Virus record (IMG/VR): IMGVR_UViG_3300038829_000127
Location: 4,975-68,974 of that record
Length of the DNA stretch: 64,000 nucleotides
Reading direction: 5' to 3' (one strand)
Source: a virus
Shown: one piece after another, positions 45,326 to 54,360 of the stretch
How positions within the stretch are numbered: position 1 is the first letter of the stretch
Layout of the letters: each line of letters starts with the position of its first letter
Program-made: the position numbers and the translations under genes
The notes under the pieces: model-generated
Seen by the model: only the letters and a program-made list of their open reading frames with translations
Database searches by the model: none
What the model was told of the DNA's origin: nothing

Positions 45326-46059
45326 TCCTGCATGTACGTTTCATGCAGGAACGCATTGATGGCGGCAAGATCCGGCTCATCACGCAGGTTGCTTGTTCCC
45401 ATGGCCCGCTGCAGCGCCTGCTCCTGAGCCTCGATCATCTGCACCACGCGATCAAAGGTGATCTCACCTCGGCGTACCTGCATGAGCACTTCACGTTCAG
45501 CCGGCCGCATGGGCAGGCTCATCCGCCCTTCACCCACGATCTCAAGCCCCTGGTAGCCCAGACGGAGCGCGTGCATGGCGTACTTAGTATCGTAGCCATA
45601 CTGCTCGACCAGCTCGGGCCGCTTCACGCGCTTCTGCCCACGAACGCCCAGCAGCCGTTGCTTCTGGGCCAGCAGATAGCCCAGGAAGGCGTTGCCCGCT
45701 TTCTTTGAAACGATGGCCTTTCGCATCTGACGGAGTGCGTTTCCCCGGGCTGTCAGCACTGAGCAGTCCTGTGGCGGGACAAACAGCGGCATGAGGATTG
45801 TAGGATTGCCACCAGCCGCCAACCGCATCCATTTGCGCAGACCGTAGATCGTCAGGTCCAGATCCCCCGGGCCAGAGCGCACTCCCTCGGGCTGTGTCCG
45901 CTCCACGATGTGCTCACGGTACTGGAGCCCGGTCACAGCTTCTTTGGGCTCGATCATAATGCCCATTTCGTCCCGGTCGTCGGTGCCTTCAAGGGCCAGA
46001 CCGTGTACGGTGGAACCCACCGTGCAGCGGATGATCAGTTTGGCATCATCAGACTTCAT
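45301..46059 (-). CDS. Pol-beta superfamily nucleotidyltransferase (RlaP/YcgL-like)
   Basis: GSTVHGL....DDRDEMG (GS..DxD); GNPTIL..LF; YDTKYAMHALRL. Confidence 0.85.
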   Translation of the reverse strand: MKSDDAKLIIRCTVGSTVHGLALEGTDDRDEMGIMIEPKEAVTGLQYREHIVERTQPEGVRSGPGDLDLTIYGLRKWMRLAAGGNPTILMPLFVPPQDCSVLTARGNALRQMRKAIVSKKAGNAFLGYLLAQKQRLLGVRGQKRVKRPELVEQYGYDTKYAMHALRLGYQGLEIVGEGRMSLPMRPAEREVLMQVRRGEITFDRVVQMIEAQEQALQRAMGTSNLRDEPDLAAINAFLHETYMQEWGKVCPT

Positions 46060-46075
46060 TTACCGCTCTCCATTT

Positions 46076-47317
46076 CTATACGCCTCGGCGTACAACAGTG
46101 ACTCTTTCAACCGCTCTGGTAATCCCCGTATACAACCACCGCCGCGCATCGGCCCGGAAGCAAGCGGACTCGTCGAAGAGGACTACGGAATTGAACTGAC
46201 TTCCTTGTGCCTTATGGCAGGTGAGCGCGTATCCGTAGTCGAACTCCTCTGCGTCCTTGCGCTCGAACCACGGCAGGTCCAGTTCTCTGCCCTGGAAGTG
46301 GTGTGCGTGGGCGGTCACATTCAAGGTGGCCCCGTCCTCTCCGATCACATCCATCTCCACCCGATCGTCGTCTACACTGCCCACACGGTCCACCGTCCAC
46401 AGGCCGCCGTTCAGAAGGCCCAGTTCGTGGTTGTTCCGGAGGCAGACAACTTTATCCCCGCGTACAGGATAGATGTGCTCCACCTGTGGCATTGTGGCAT
46501 GAATGTCGTAGGATTTCCCCAGCAACTGCCGCATCCTTCGATTGCTTGCTCGCCGCGTGGCGTTTCGCCCCACGATGACCTGATCGCAAGCCAGCACTTC
46601 CTCCGGGCTGATGTCGTCCGTCACACAGGACTCGCCCGAGAACCAGCCGGTGTGGATGGACTCGCCCATGCGCACTCGTGTTGCGAGTGCGAGCACAGGA
46701 GAGTCCAGGGCATGGCGGTGGATCTCCGTCAGCATCACATCTGGCTTGGCATCGGTGAAGTAGCCACCGCCGTAGACCGGGGGGAGCTGGAACGGGTCAC
46801 CCAGCACAAGGACTTTTTTACCGAAGGACAGCACATCCCGCCCCAGCGGCTCATTGACCTGGCTCGCTTCGTCCAGCCCGATCAGGGCGGCGTTGGCCGC
46901 ATCGCTGCACGGGTTCAGCTTGAATGATGGCTGGCCCAGGCGTTTACGCTCCTCCGCGATCTCATCCTTCAGCCGGGCTACCTTGTGCCCGGTGCCGATG
47001 GCCGGGGAGCCTTCAATGTTGAAGAGTTGCCCCTCGAGTTCCAACAGCCGCAGCCGGGATTTCTCCTGCGACGTGTAGATCATAGAGTGAATCGTGCTGG
47101 CCCCCGTACAGCCCTTCTGGCGCAAGACGAGGGCCGCCTTGCCCGTGAACGCGCCGAACAGCACCAGGCCATCCACACCTTCGGCCAGATGCCGCATAAG
47201 GGTCGTCTTCCCAGTGCCCGCAAAGCCGAACAACCGAAACACCTGCGGCCCCGACTTATCCGCGATCCACGCCGCCACGGCTTTTAGCGCGGCTTCTTGC
47301 TGCGGGCTCCAGTTCAC
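46076..47317 (-). CDS. RecD/Dda-like SF1B DNA helicase
   Basis: GFAGTGKTT, DEASQV, GDPFQLPPV, YALTCHKAQGSQF, YTGITRA. Confidence 0.92.
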   Translation of the reverse strand: MNWSPQQEAALKAVAAWIADKSGPQVFRLFGFAGTGKTTLMRHLAEGVDGLVLFGAFTGKAALVLRQKGCTGASTIHSMIYTSQEKSRLRLLELEGQLFNIEGSPAIGTGHKVARLKDEIAEERKRLGQPSFKLNPCSDAANAALIGLDEASQVNEPLGRDVLSFGKKVLVLGDPFQLPPVYGGGYFTDAKPDVMLTEIHRHALDSPVLALATRVRMGESIHTGWFSGESCVTDDISPEEVLACDQVIVGRNATRRASNRRMRQLLGKSYDIHATMPQVEHIYPVRGDKVVCLRNNHELGLLNGGLWTVDRVGSVDDDRVEMDVIGEDGATLNVTAHAHHFQGRELDLPWFERKDAEEFDYGYALTCHKAQGSQFNSVVLFDESACFRADARRWLYTGITRAVERVTVVRRGV

Positions 47318-47550
47318 TCCCCATCCTCCACAGTAAGCACTCCAAACGCCACAGCCACCGCAATGATCTCCTCGCGCAACGTACCCTCGGCCACGAAGTG
47401 CCCCTCATCTGTGTTCACATCCACATCGCCATCGGACATGAACAAGATGCCATGCACGGCAATGCGTCGGCCCTTGTGGTTGGCCACCGTTGTCTCTATG
47501 CACTCTTGGAGATCCTTGGGCCAGGGGCGGTTGAGGTAGAAGCCGGTCAT
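47314..47550 (-). CDS. hypothetical protein
   Basis: ORF track; ATGA coupling. Confidence 0.55.
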   Translation of the reverse strand: MTGFYLNRPWPKDLQECIETTVANHKGRRIAVHGILFMSDGDVDVNTDEGHFVAEGTLREEIIAVAVAFGVLTVEDGE

Positions 47551-47753
47551 CGGCCCATCACCGCTTTTGCCAACAAGAAAAGGAACACCAGCGGAAATGC
47601 GACCAGCGCCAGCGCAACCCCACCCCAGAACGGCGACAGCACCCACCACCAGGACCAGTTGATGACGTGGGCCAGTTTCAGGCCGATGAAGAGGAGGCCG
47701 AGGAGGCTTAGGAAGCCTACTCCGTTGCTGGTTTGCCCGCTTTTGGTGGACAT
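47547..47753 (-). CDS. small membrane protein
   Basis: LFIGLKL.HVI.WSWWWVLSPFW, a motif common in phage membrane proteins. Confidence 0.75.
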   Translation of the reverse strand: MSTKSGQTSNGVGFLSLLGLLFIGLKLAHVINWSWWWVLSPFWGGVALALVAFPLVFLFLLAKAVMGR

Positions 47754-47775
47754 TAGAACTCCGTTCCTAAACCGA

Positions 47776-48262
47776 ACCCACCGCAGGATCCCAACCCCGC
47801 CCTGGAGCCTTGGCTGAGTCCTGCGTGTGGGTCAGTAGTGTCCGCTGCGACCGCAGGGAGTAGTGGACACTACCCCTTTCAGTCGCCCAAGTAGAGCAGA
47901 ACACCCCTCCCCCACCCCCGTACCGGCTGCGTCGTGTCCCGGTACGGGGGCACGGTAGGGTCGGGGTGTTCATTGTTTCAACCGGCCCAGCGGGGACGGT
48001 TGAAACAATCCTTGTCAAACGCTCCAGAGCCACCGAAGGCGGGCCGCGCTACCCCGGGCAGGGGGCATCACCCGTTATGCTTTGTGGCCCTGGAGCCTGT
48101 TGTCTCCGCAGGCCCAAAGGGACGGCGGAGACAACACAAGAACGAATGTTGGCCCGCGGCGATTCATGCCCACCGGATGGAATCGAACCATCTAGGGGAG
48201 CTACCCCAACCGCATCCACCGGCCGGCGAATAGGCACAAAGTTCGTCCGCCGCGGGCCAAAC
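47776..48262 (-). ncRNA. non-coding island of seven consecutive hairpins (candidate structured RNA or DNA cruciform array)
   Basis: stems at 47776-47832, 47835-47873, 47899-47971, 47972-48009, 48021-48096, 48098-48136, 48148-48262; no credible ORF. Confidence 0.6.
48148..48262 (-). ncRNA. tRNA-like cloverleaf enclosed in a 13-bp stem
   Basis: T arm GATGG-TTCGATT-CCATC, GGGG-TAGCT-CCCC arm, CCG-GTGGATG-CGG arm, closing TTGGCCCGCGGCG/CGCCGCGGGCCAA. Confidence 0.55.
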
Positions 48263-48270
48263 GTCTGACT

Positions 48271-49185
48271 TTAGAAAGGCGCCTCTTCCTCGGGCAGATC
48301 ACCCGACGCACCACCCGCCCCACCCGAGTCACCCTGCCCCGCCCCCGACAGATCCACCTTCACCAGCCCGCCCTTGATCTGGGCGATGAAATCCTTGGCC
48401 TGGGCCAGCAGCCCAGCTTCGGTGGCCGGAGAAATCAGCGAGGCCGCCCAGTTCTCCTTGAACGGCTGGATCAGCCAATTCTTAGAGATCTGGCCAACCT
48501 TGTTCTTGTGGTCGGTGGTCTTCAGCCGGGCCCGGTTGGCGAAGATCGGGGGACGGCCCTTCAGCAGCTCCATGGACGTGTTCCACTGGCGCCACGGGCC
48601 GATGCCTGTACTCTTGAAGGCAATCATGGCGGGACCAGCGATCTCGTTGCCCTCGTCGTTCAGGATGAAGGCGTAGAGGTACACGGTTTCCACCACTTCG
48701 ACTTCGACTTCGCCCTTGGCGTTCTTGACCAGGGGGAGGGCGCCTTTGGGCCGTCCACCGACCGCTTCCAGCAGCCGCAGGACGACTGGGTTATCACTCT
48801 CCATCGGCGGGTGATCCTCGGGGAACCCGCCGCCCTTGGCCCGGGGGATCCAGGGCACCCAGAGACGGTGCTTCATCACCGGCTGGATCACCACGCCCTT
48901 GTCGGCGGGCCACAGTTCGCCCGTGACCGTGTTGTAGAGCATCCCGATCTCGGCGCCCGGAACCTTCGTCTCACCCTTCACCTGCGGGGACAGATCCTGC
49001 AGGATGGTGAGGAACGGGATCATCTTGTCCCGGGTGTCGTTCGACTCGAAACCGGCGCCGCTGTCCTCGCCATAATCGTTGACCGCCGCAAGAGCGGTCG
49101 TGTTCGTTGTGGCCGGCAACTGCTCCTGTGCCACCTCTTCAGTCACAGGCTTCGCGCCCGGTGCGACTCGTGCCCTGCTCGCCAT
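48271..49185 (-). CDS. probable single-stranded DNA-binding protein
   Basis: GFE...D..IPFL.ILQ.LSPQV; Gly/acidic tail ending EEEAPF. Confidence 0.7.
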   Translation of the reverse strand: MASRARVAPGAKPVTEEVAQEQLPATTNTTALAAVNDYGEDSGAGFESNDTRDKMIPFLTILQDLSPQVKGETKVPGAEIGMLYNTVTGELWPADKGVVIQPVMKHRLWVPWIPRAKGGGFPEDHPPMESDNPVVLRLLEAVGGRPKGALPLVKNAKGEVEVEVVETVYLYAFILNDEGNEIAGPAMIAFKSTGIGPWRQWNTSMELLKGRPPIFANRARLKTTDHKNKVGQISKNWLIQPFKENWAASLISPATEAGLLAQAKDFIAQIKGGLVKVDLSGAGQGDSGGAGGASGDLPEEEAPF

Positions 49186-49249
49186 TGTCCATTCCTCCGT
49201 CGTTGTTATTTGCCGCGGGCTGTTTAACGTCCCCCGGGGCTGTGGACGG

Positions 49250-49286
49250 TGTTGACTCCGGCGCCTGAAAGGTGGCGGAGTCAACA
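49250..49286. promoter_or_regulatory. inverted repeat with the same arms as 1158-1190
   Basis: TGTTGACTCC-N17-GGAGTCAACA upstream of the SSB gene. Confidence 0.5.
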
Positions 49287-49308
49287 AATAGCGCAGGGTG
49301 CCAGTGCG

Positions 49309-49524
49309 TTACGCTGGCGGCTCAGGTGCGACCTGATCGGTTCCTCTCCCGCAACCCTGCAAGATATAACTGTACCCTCTCGGATACATGACTTTCTGCA
49401 GTCGGTAGATGACATCCCCAGCAGCAGACGCCACTAGCTCCAACTCGGCTATTTCCAGATACCGGAAGGCTTCTTCGTCCGTATCCACCGTGATCGTCCC
49501 GTCAACCTTTACGTGGATGGCCAT
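49309..49524 (-). CDS. hypothetical protein
   Basis: ORF track. Confidence 0.45.
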   Translation of the reverse strand: MAIHVKVDGTITVDTDEEAFRYLEIAELELVASAAGDVIYRLQKVMYPRGYSYILQGCGRGTDQVAPEPPA

Positions 49525-49672
49525 TTGGCCCTGTAAGCCCGGAACACGGGCGGTACTACCCGATCGTGTTTCCGGTGCCAGAGGTAGCATCTCAGATCAC
49601 GCCAGGCAAGGATGCCCGCGTTGACGAGAGATATGCACAGGGCAGCACTGCCCAAGATCAGGGGCAGCAGTG

Positions 49673-49906
49673 TCATTCGTCCTCCGCCGTCCGCTCCCGC
49701 CAGTAAGCCATCACGGTCAGCAGAAAGGTATCCTGGTAGCGTGATAACCGCTTGCAGGTTTCATCGGCACAAGCCCTCAGTGCCTGATGGCCCAGCACAA
49801 CGGTGACGACAGCCAGTGGTATCCAGAACCACGTATGCCCCTGGATCTCCATGCCCACCAGGACAGCCCCAAAATACTGCAGGGACACCCATTGCCAGGC
49901 TTTCAT
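49673..49906 (-). CDS. small membrane protein
   Basis: two hydrophobic segments; ATGA coupling. Confidence 0.5.
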   Translation of the reverse strand: MKAWQWVSLQYFGAVLVGMEIQGHTWFWIPLAVVTVVLGHQALRACADETCKRLSRYQDTFLLTVMAYWRERTAEDE

Positions 49907-50023
49907 GCTTGGCCTCTCCGCCTCCGGAGCATGGGCTCCAGCCAGAAGTACCACGTTGCATTGCCACCGAGGGCGCCCAGAAAGGCGCATATTGCGTAGG
50001 ACCAGGCGGTGTGCTCAGACACG

Positions 50024-50593
50024 CTAGTCCTTCCTCTTCACTTCCGCGTACCTCTGCCTGAAAGCCCCGAACAGATCCAGCGGCACATCCACCCCGTCCT
50101 TGAGCGCCCCCTTGATGAACGCCGAGAGGGTCATGGGCTCTACGAAATCGCGCCGCTTGCAATCGACGGGGCGCACCCGCTGGGCCAGATCGCGCTGGAA
50201 CTTCTTGGCCCAGGCGTCATCTTCCTTGCCGAACAGGATCTTAAACTCGTGCTTGATGATCCGAGAATTGCCCGTCTGGTCCAGCCACGCAAAAGCCTTG
50301 GGCTTGGCGGCTTCGGGGATGCTGGCCCGGATCTTCTCCTCCACTGTGACCCTGAAGCCATCGGCGGTGACGATGGAGTCCTGCCGGGCCTCGGCCATGG
50401 CGGTTGGGATCAGTACCTCCCTGTACTGCCGCAGGCGCTCCTGCGCCTTTGACAGTTCCTCTTCAGCCTTGGCCAGATCCAACTCGGCCTCCCGCTGCTC
50501 CTGGGCAAGTCGGCTGATCTTCTGCAAGAGGTCGGTGTCAGTGGCGGGCTCGGCGTATTCAGAATAGTCGGCGGTGCCGGGGGCGGTGGTCAT
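50024..50593 (-). CDS. conserved phage protein (coiled coil + AFAWL...G...IIK domain)
   Basis: LIPTAM.E; ASI....AFAWL; VEP.TL.AFIK; typical neighbour of SSB/helicase genes. Confidence 0.75.
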   Translation of the reverse strand: MTTAPGTADYSEYAEPATDTDLLQKISRLAQEQREAELDLAKAEEELSKAQERLRQYREVLIPTAMAEARQDSIVTADGFRVTVEEKIRASIPEAAKPKAFAWLDQTGNSRIIKHEFKILFGKEDDAWAKKFQRDLAQRVRPVDCKRRDFVEPMTLSAFIKGALKDGVDVPLDLFGAFRQRYAEVKRKD

Positions 50594-50811
50594 TTGGCCT
50601 CCAAAGCTGCCAGCAAGCGGTTTGTGAGTATCACTGTGGCCGCCACTACTTGATCATCATTTTCGAAAATAGATACATTCCCGGTGCCGATGATGGCCTT
50701 CAAAACTTCAAGGGCCATATGCTCCCGAATCGTAACACCGCACTCAGCAACTGTTCGCTCGCCTGGGATCCAGTTGACCGGCCGCAGTGGGCAATCGCCA
50801 CGACTAGTCAC
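50590..50811 (-). CDS. hypothetical protein
   Basis: GGAGG SD; G.TIRE..A motif. Confidence 0.5.
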   Translation of the reverse strand: MTSRGDCPLRPVNWIPGERTVAECGVTIREHMALEVLKAIIGTGNVSIFENDDQVVAATVILTNRLLAALEAK

Positions 50812-50993
50812 GCCACCACCTCCGTGATGGACAGCCGCACCAGGCGGCAATCGGAATGGCAGTCCTTTCGGTAGGCTTCTATGTCCTTCTTGCTGATCAC
50901 AGCCCCGTCGTCCGCTACTCCGAAGTCAATGATCTTGCCTCGGGGTGTCACGATGCCCCATGTCTGAACGGGCTTTGCCTTCTTCATGGTCAT
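50808..50993 (-). CDS. hypothetical protein
   Basis: GGAGG SD. Confidence 0.55.
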   Translation of the reverse strand: MTMKKAKPVQTWGIVTPRGKIIDFGVADDGAVISKKDIEAYRKDCHSDCRLVRLSITEVVA

Positions 50994-51358
50994 TGCGGTA
51001 CGTCCTCCGTTTCCAGTGCATCTGAGAAAATATCTACCGTGACCGGCGCGTACTCCGCATCACGCCCGTTCCAGTTTAGAAACGTCACGGTGCCTGCTGC
51101 ATCGGCGGCAAAGGCTGCGGCCACCCCGCAGAGAATCATGTTGCCCAGGAGGAGCAGGTAGTCGTCGGCGGTGAAGTCCCGCATCTTCTCGGCCAGCTCG
51201 TCGTAGACGGATTGGTCGAAGGGCTTGGCATTTGGCGTGAGGAGAATTACCGTCTCCCCGAACCGCTTTGCGGCCCGGAGGCTGGCTACGGGCTTTAGTT
51301 TCCCGGTGGCCCTGTCGAGCTTGTGCGGGAGCTGGACTACGAAGACGCGGCTAGCCAT
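50990..51358 (-). CDS. conserved hypothetical protein
   Basis: SRVFVVQ...A..FGE..LL...F..DDYLLL.G. Confidence 0.7.
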   Translation of the reverse strand: MASRVFVVQLPHKLDRATGKLKPVASLRAAKRFGETVILLTPNAKPFDQSVYDELAEKMRDFTADDYLLLLGNMILCGVAAAFAADAAGTVTFLNWNGRDAEYAPVTVDIFSDALETEDVPQ

Positions 51359-51638
51359 CGTACTGCTCCACTCTGGGTACGGCGCCCTGTGACTTCAGCC
51401 ATGGGATCAGCTTCTCATCAAAGCACTTTCCACAGATATCCACGGTTGTCGTTTCTATGCTGCTGTATTCCGGGTAACAATCGCCGTATCTCCGCTCGAT
51501 GGTCGTTTCATCTTGTTCAAAGCGTTCCTTTGACCAGCCCAGGCAACCTTCCCGCGCCCCGCATAGGTCGCACTTATGGCCGACAACTTCCTCGCGATCA
51601 CTGGCCGGGATAACCCGGGTTTCTTTGATCTCGCTCAT
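51351..51638 (-). CDS. zinc-finger hypothetical protein
   Basis: CDLC and ICGKC. Confidence 0.65.
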   Translation of the reverse strand: MSEIKETRVIPASDREEVVGHKCDLCGAREGCLGWSKERFEQDETTIERRYGDCYPEYSSIETTTVDICGKCFDEKLIPWLKSQGAVPRVEQYDG

Positions 51639-51639
51639 G

Positions 51640-53130
51640 CTATATCCATTCCTTCAGTGTATCCCCCGTAATCGCGGCGGATACATCGCGCTTGTCTCTC
51701 AGATCCTGCACAATTCCCTCGTCCACCGTATCCCTCCCGATCAAATCGACGTAGTTGCAATGGTGCTTCTGTCCGGGCTCCTTGATGCGCTCGGCGGCCT
51801 GGCTGCGCTGAACGGCTTTCTGTGTGTGGCTGAAGAAGACCAGGTTGCGTGCCGTGGCCAGGTTGTTGCCCTCGGAACCCTTGGCGTAGGTCGTGACGAA
51901 GTAGCGGGCCTCGCCAGCCCGGAAGGCGGCGATGTTGGCAGCACCCTCTTCGGCGGTCATCTTGCCGCCGATGAAGGACACAGCCGCCTTGCCCAGCAAG
52001 GCCATCACCCGGGCGATGTCCAGGCGGTACTGGCAGAAGATCACCACCTGCTCGCCGGCCATGTCTTCCAGCGTCTCAAGCAGCAGGGCCAGCCGCGGGT
52101 CTGTTCTGTCCGGTTCAATGGTCGAGCGCGGCTCCCCCGAGTCATCGGGGATATAGCCCGAAGCAATCTGCTGCAGCCGCCCGTGGCGAACGATCGAGAG
52201 GGCAGCCGAGATGAAAACCCCGGACTCAATCTCGATCTCGTACTCGGTCTTCAACTGGTTGTAGAGCCGCGCCTGCTTGGGCGTCATCTCAAAGAACCGG
52301 GTCTGGTACAGGGCTGGCGGCAGATGCAGCACCTCGTCCTGCGTCACCCGGTGGCTGATCGTGGCCAGGAGCTGCTTCAGCTCGGGGATGTTCCGGTAGT
52401 CGTGGAACACCGGGTAGTTGGGCACGTAGCCCATGGTCTGGATGCACTGCTCCTGCGTCAGAAAGATCCCGAAGTGTGTCTTGAAGGCGGAGAAGCTGTG
52501 CATGTGGTGCCGCTTCCAAAAGCCTGGATCCAGAAACTTGATCTGGGAGTAGACATCGAACGGGCCCTCGGAAACCGGCGTGCCGGTCAGGATGCGGCGG
52601 TAGGGGGCGTACTTGCCGCTGGCTATGATGGAGATGGTGCGCTTGGCTCCGGGTGTCTTGATGTGGTGGGCTTCGTCCACCGCATAAAGACACGTTCTCT
52701 TTTTGAGGAACGCCCAGGCATCGGCCTTTCCCTGGCCCGACATGAAGGACTGAAAAGACATCGCCATGACCGAGAAACCGGCGTGGTTGACCAGCTCTTT
52801 GATCAGTGGGCGATACCGCTTGTTGCCCGACTGGGCCGTGCTGTACGCGAGAGTGCGGGCCGGGATGGAAAGCCACTTGGGGATCTGCTCGAGGATCCAG
52901 GTGTGCTGGACCCCAGGTGGGGTAACCAAGAGTAGGGCGTCGATACTGCCGCGCTGGTAAAGATGCGCGGCAGTATCGAGCACTACTCTTGACTTCCCGC
53001 ACCGCTGCTCCCAGAAGATGCCGTAGGCTTCTTTGTCCCGGGTCGCTTCGAAGCCGGCGCGTTGGTGGTCGAAGGGCGCGGGGGCACCTTGCTTGTACTG
53101 GTAGTCGGCTGCGATGGGGAGGGTGGTCAC
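51640..53130 (-). CDS. SNF2-family helicase
   Basis: EQRCGKS, DEAH, LTGTP, QIASG, GSEGNNL, RSQAAER. Confidence 0.9.
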   Translation of the reverse strand: MTTLPIAADYQYKQGAPAPFDHQRAGFEATRDKEAYGIFWEQRCGKSRVVLDTAAHLYQRGSIDALLLVTPPGVQHTWILEQIPKWLSIPARTLAYSTAQSGNKRYRPLIKELVNHAGFSVMAMSFQSFMSGQGKADAWAFLKKRTCLYAVDEAHHIKTPGAKRTISIIASGKYAPYRRILTGTPVSEGPFDVYSQIKFLDPGFWKRHHMHSFSAFKTHFGIFLTQEQCIQTMGYVPNYPVFHDYRNIPELKQLLATISHRVTQDEVLHLPPALYQTRFFEMTPKQARLYNQLKTEYEIEIESGVFISAALSIVRHGRLQQIASGYIPDDSGEPRSTIEPDRTDPRLALLLETLEDMAGEQVVIFCQYRLDIARVMALLGKAAVSFIGGKMTAEEGAANIAAFRAGEARYFVTTYAKGSEGNNLATARNLVFFSHTQKAVQRSQAAERIKEPGQKHHCNYVDLIGRDTVDEGIVQDLRDKRDVSAAITGDTLKEWI

Positions 53131-53133
53131 GGC

Positions 53134-54360
53134 TCAGTCCTTGTACGGATCTTCCACATCGTCACCCGCCATCGCAACTCCGATCGGCGTCAACGTATGC
53201 AGAACCTTGATGGTGTCACCGTGGGCCTCGAGCACTTCCGGCAGCCGCTTGTAGCAGTGCGGCGACTCATCCACACCGGCTCCGCGCAGCTCCACATTCA
53301 TGGGCCGGATCCAGTTGTCCATCATCTCACGGGTCACGGCGCCACCGGTCTGCGACACAACGACTCGGCGGCCCTCGGCATTGCGCCCGAACTTCCGCTT
53401 CCCGGCCGCCTTGGTGCGGCTCATTACCCGACCGGCCCCGTGAACCGTAGAGTAGAAGGCTGTCTGGGAGTCGATGGACTCCACGCCCTCAATGATGACG
53501 GACACGTCGCCCATGGATCCGCCCACGAACCCACGCTGCCCGGGAAAGGCAGGTGTGGCGCCCTTGCGGACGACCCAGACCATCTCCCCCAGATGCTCCT
53601 CCAGCCAGGCGAAGTTGTGGTGGTTGTGCACCCGATCCAAGACGGGAGCCCCGATCAGGCTGGCCACGCGGTCGCATACCCAATCACGACCGGCGTAGGC
53701 GTACTGACCGGCCAGGTCCATGCAAGTCAGGTAGTTCTGGCCCAGTTCACTGTTCACAGGCAAGAGCACCGGGTCCACGTCGATACCATCCTTGCCGCCA
53801 CCCGCCTCGATAAAGTAGGTAGCGATCTTGTGGCCCAGGCCACGGCTGCCGAAGTGGACGCCGCACCAGACACGTTCCTGCTCGTCCACGAACAGGTCCA
53901 CGTAATGGTTGCCGGAGCCAATGGTCCCGAGCTGGTTCTGCGCCATGCGCTTCAACGGGGCCGCAGCCCGCAGCTTCCAGGCCGGATGACCGTCAGCCTC
54001 AAAGAGCGGGTGCTCAACCGACTCGTTGTTGTTCAGGCCGACACCGAACGAAAGCGTCTTCCAGATATCGTCCATGATCGTCTTGATATTGGCCCGGACC
54101 TCGGCAGCCGAAACATCCAGCAGCACCGCACAATTGCCACAGGCGATGTCGAAGCCAACGCCGTTCGGGCTGATCTTGTCCTTGTAGACCAGCACGCCAC
54201 CCACCGGGGCGGCGTACCCCTGATGGTTGTCGGCCATCAGGGCACAAGCATCCGCCGTCTCGAAGCAGTGGAGGATCTGGCGTTCGGCACCTTCGTCGGG
54301 CACACCGAAGACCGGGATGCTGTCTATTCCGTCCTTCTGGAGCCAGGTGAGGCGGCTCAT
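53134..54360 (-). CDS. rtcB: RtcB RNA ligase
   Basis: MADNHQGY, GFDIACG, GSGNHY, HFGSRG, HNHHN, RKGAT, HGAGRVMSR, DESPHCYK. Confidence 0.96.
   Translation of the reverse strand: MSRLTWLQKDGIDSIPVFGVPDEGAERQILHCFETADACALMADNHQGYAAPVGGVLVYKDKISPNGVGFDIACGNCAVLLDVSAAEVRANIKTIMDDIWKTLSFGVGLNNNESVEHPLFEADGHPAWKLRAAAPLKRMAQNQLGTIGSGNHYVDLFVDEQERVWCGVHFGSRGLGHKIATYFIEAGGGKDGIDVDPVLLPVNSELGQNYLTCMDLAGQYAYAGRDWVCDRVASLIGAPVLDRVHNHHNFAWLEEHLGEMVWVVRKGATPAFPGQRGFVGGSMGDVSVIIEGVESIDSQTAFYSTVHGAGRVMSRTKAAGKRKFGRNAEGRRVVVSQTGGAVTREMMDNWIRPMNVELRGAGVDESPHCYKRLPEVLEAHGDTIKVLHTLTPIGVAMAGDDVEDPYKD

Noticed and set aside
48148-48262. Functional tRNA gene
   Set aside because: It has a 5-nt loop in place of the anticodon loop, no CCA, and is buried in a longer stem
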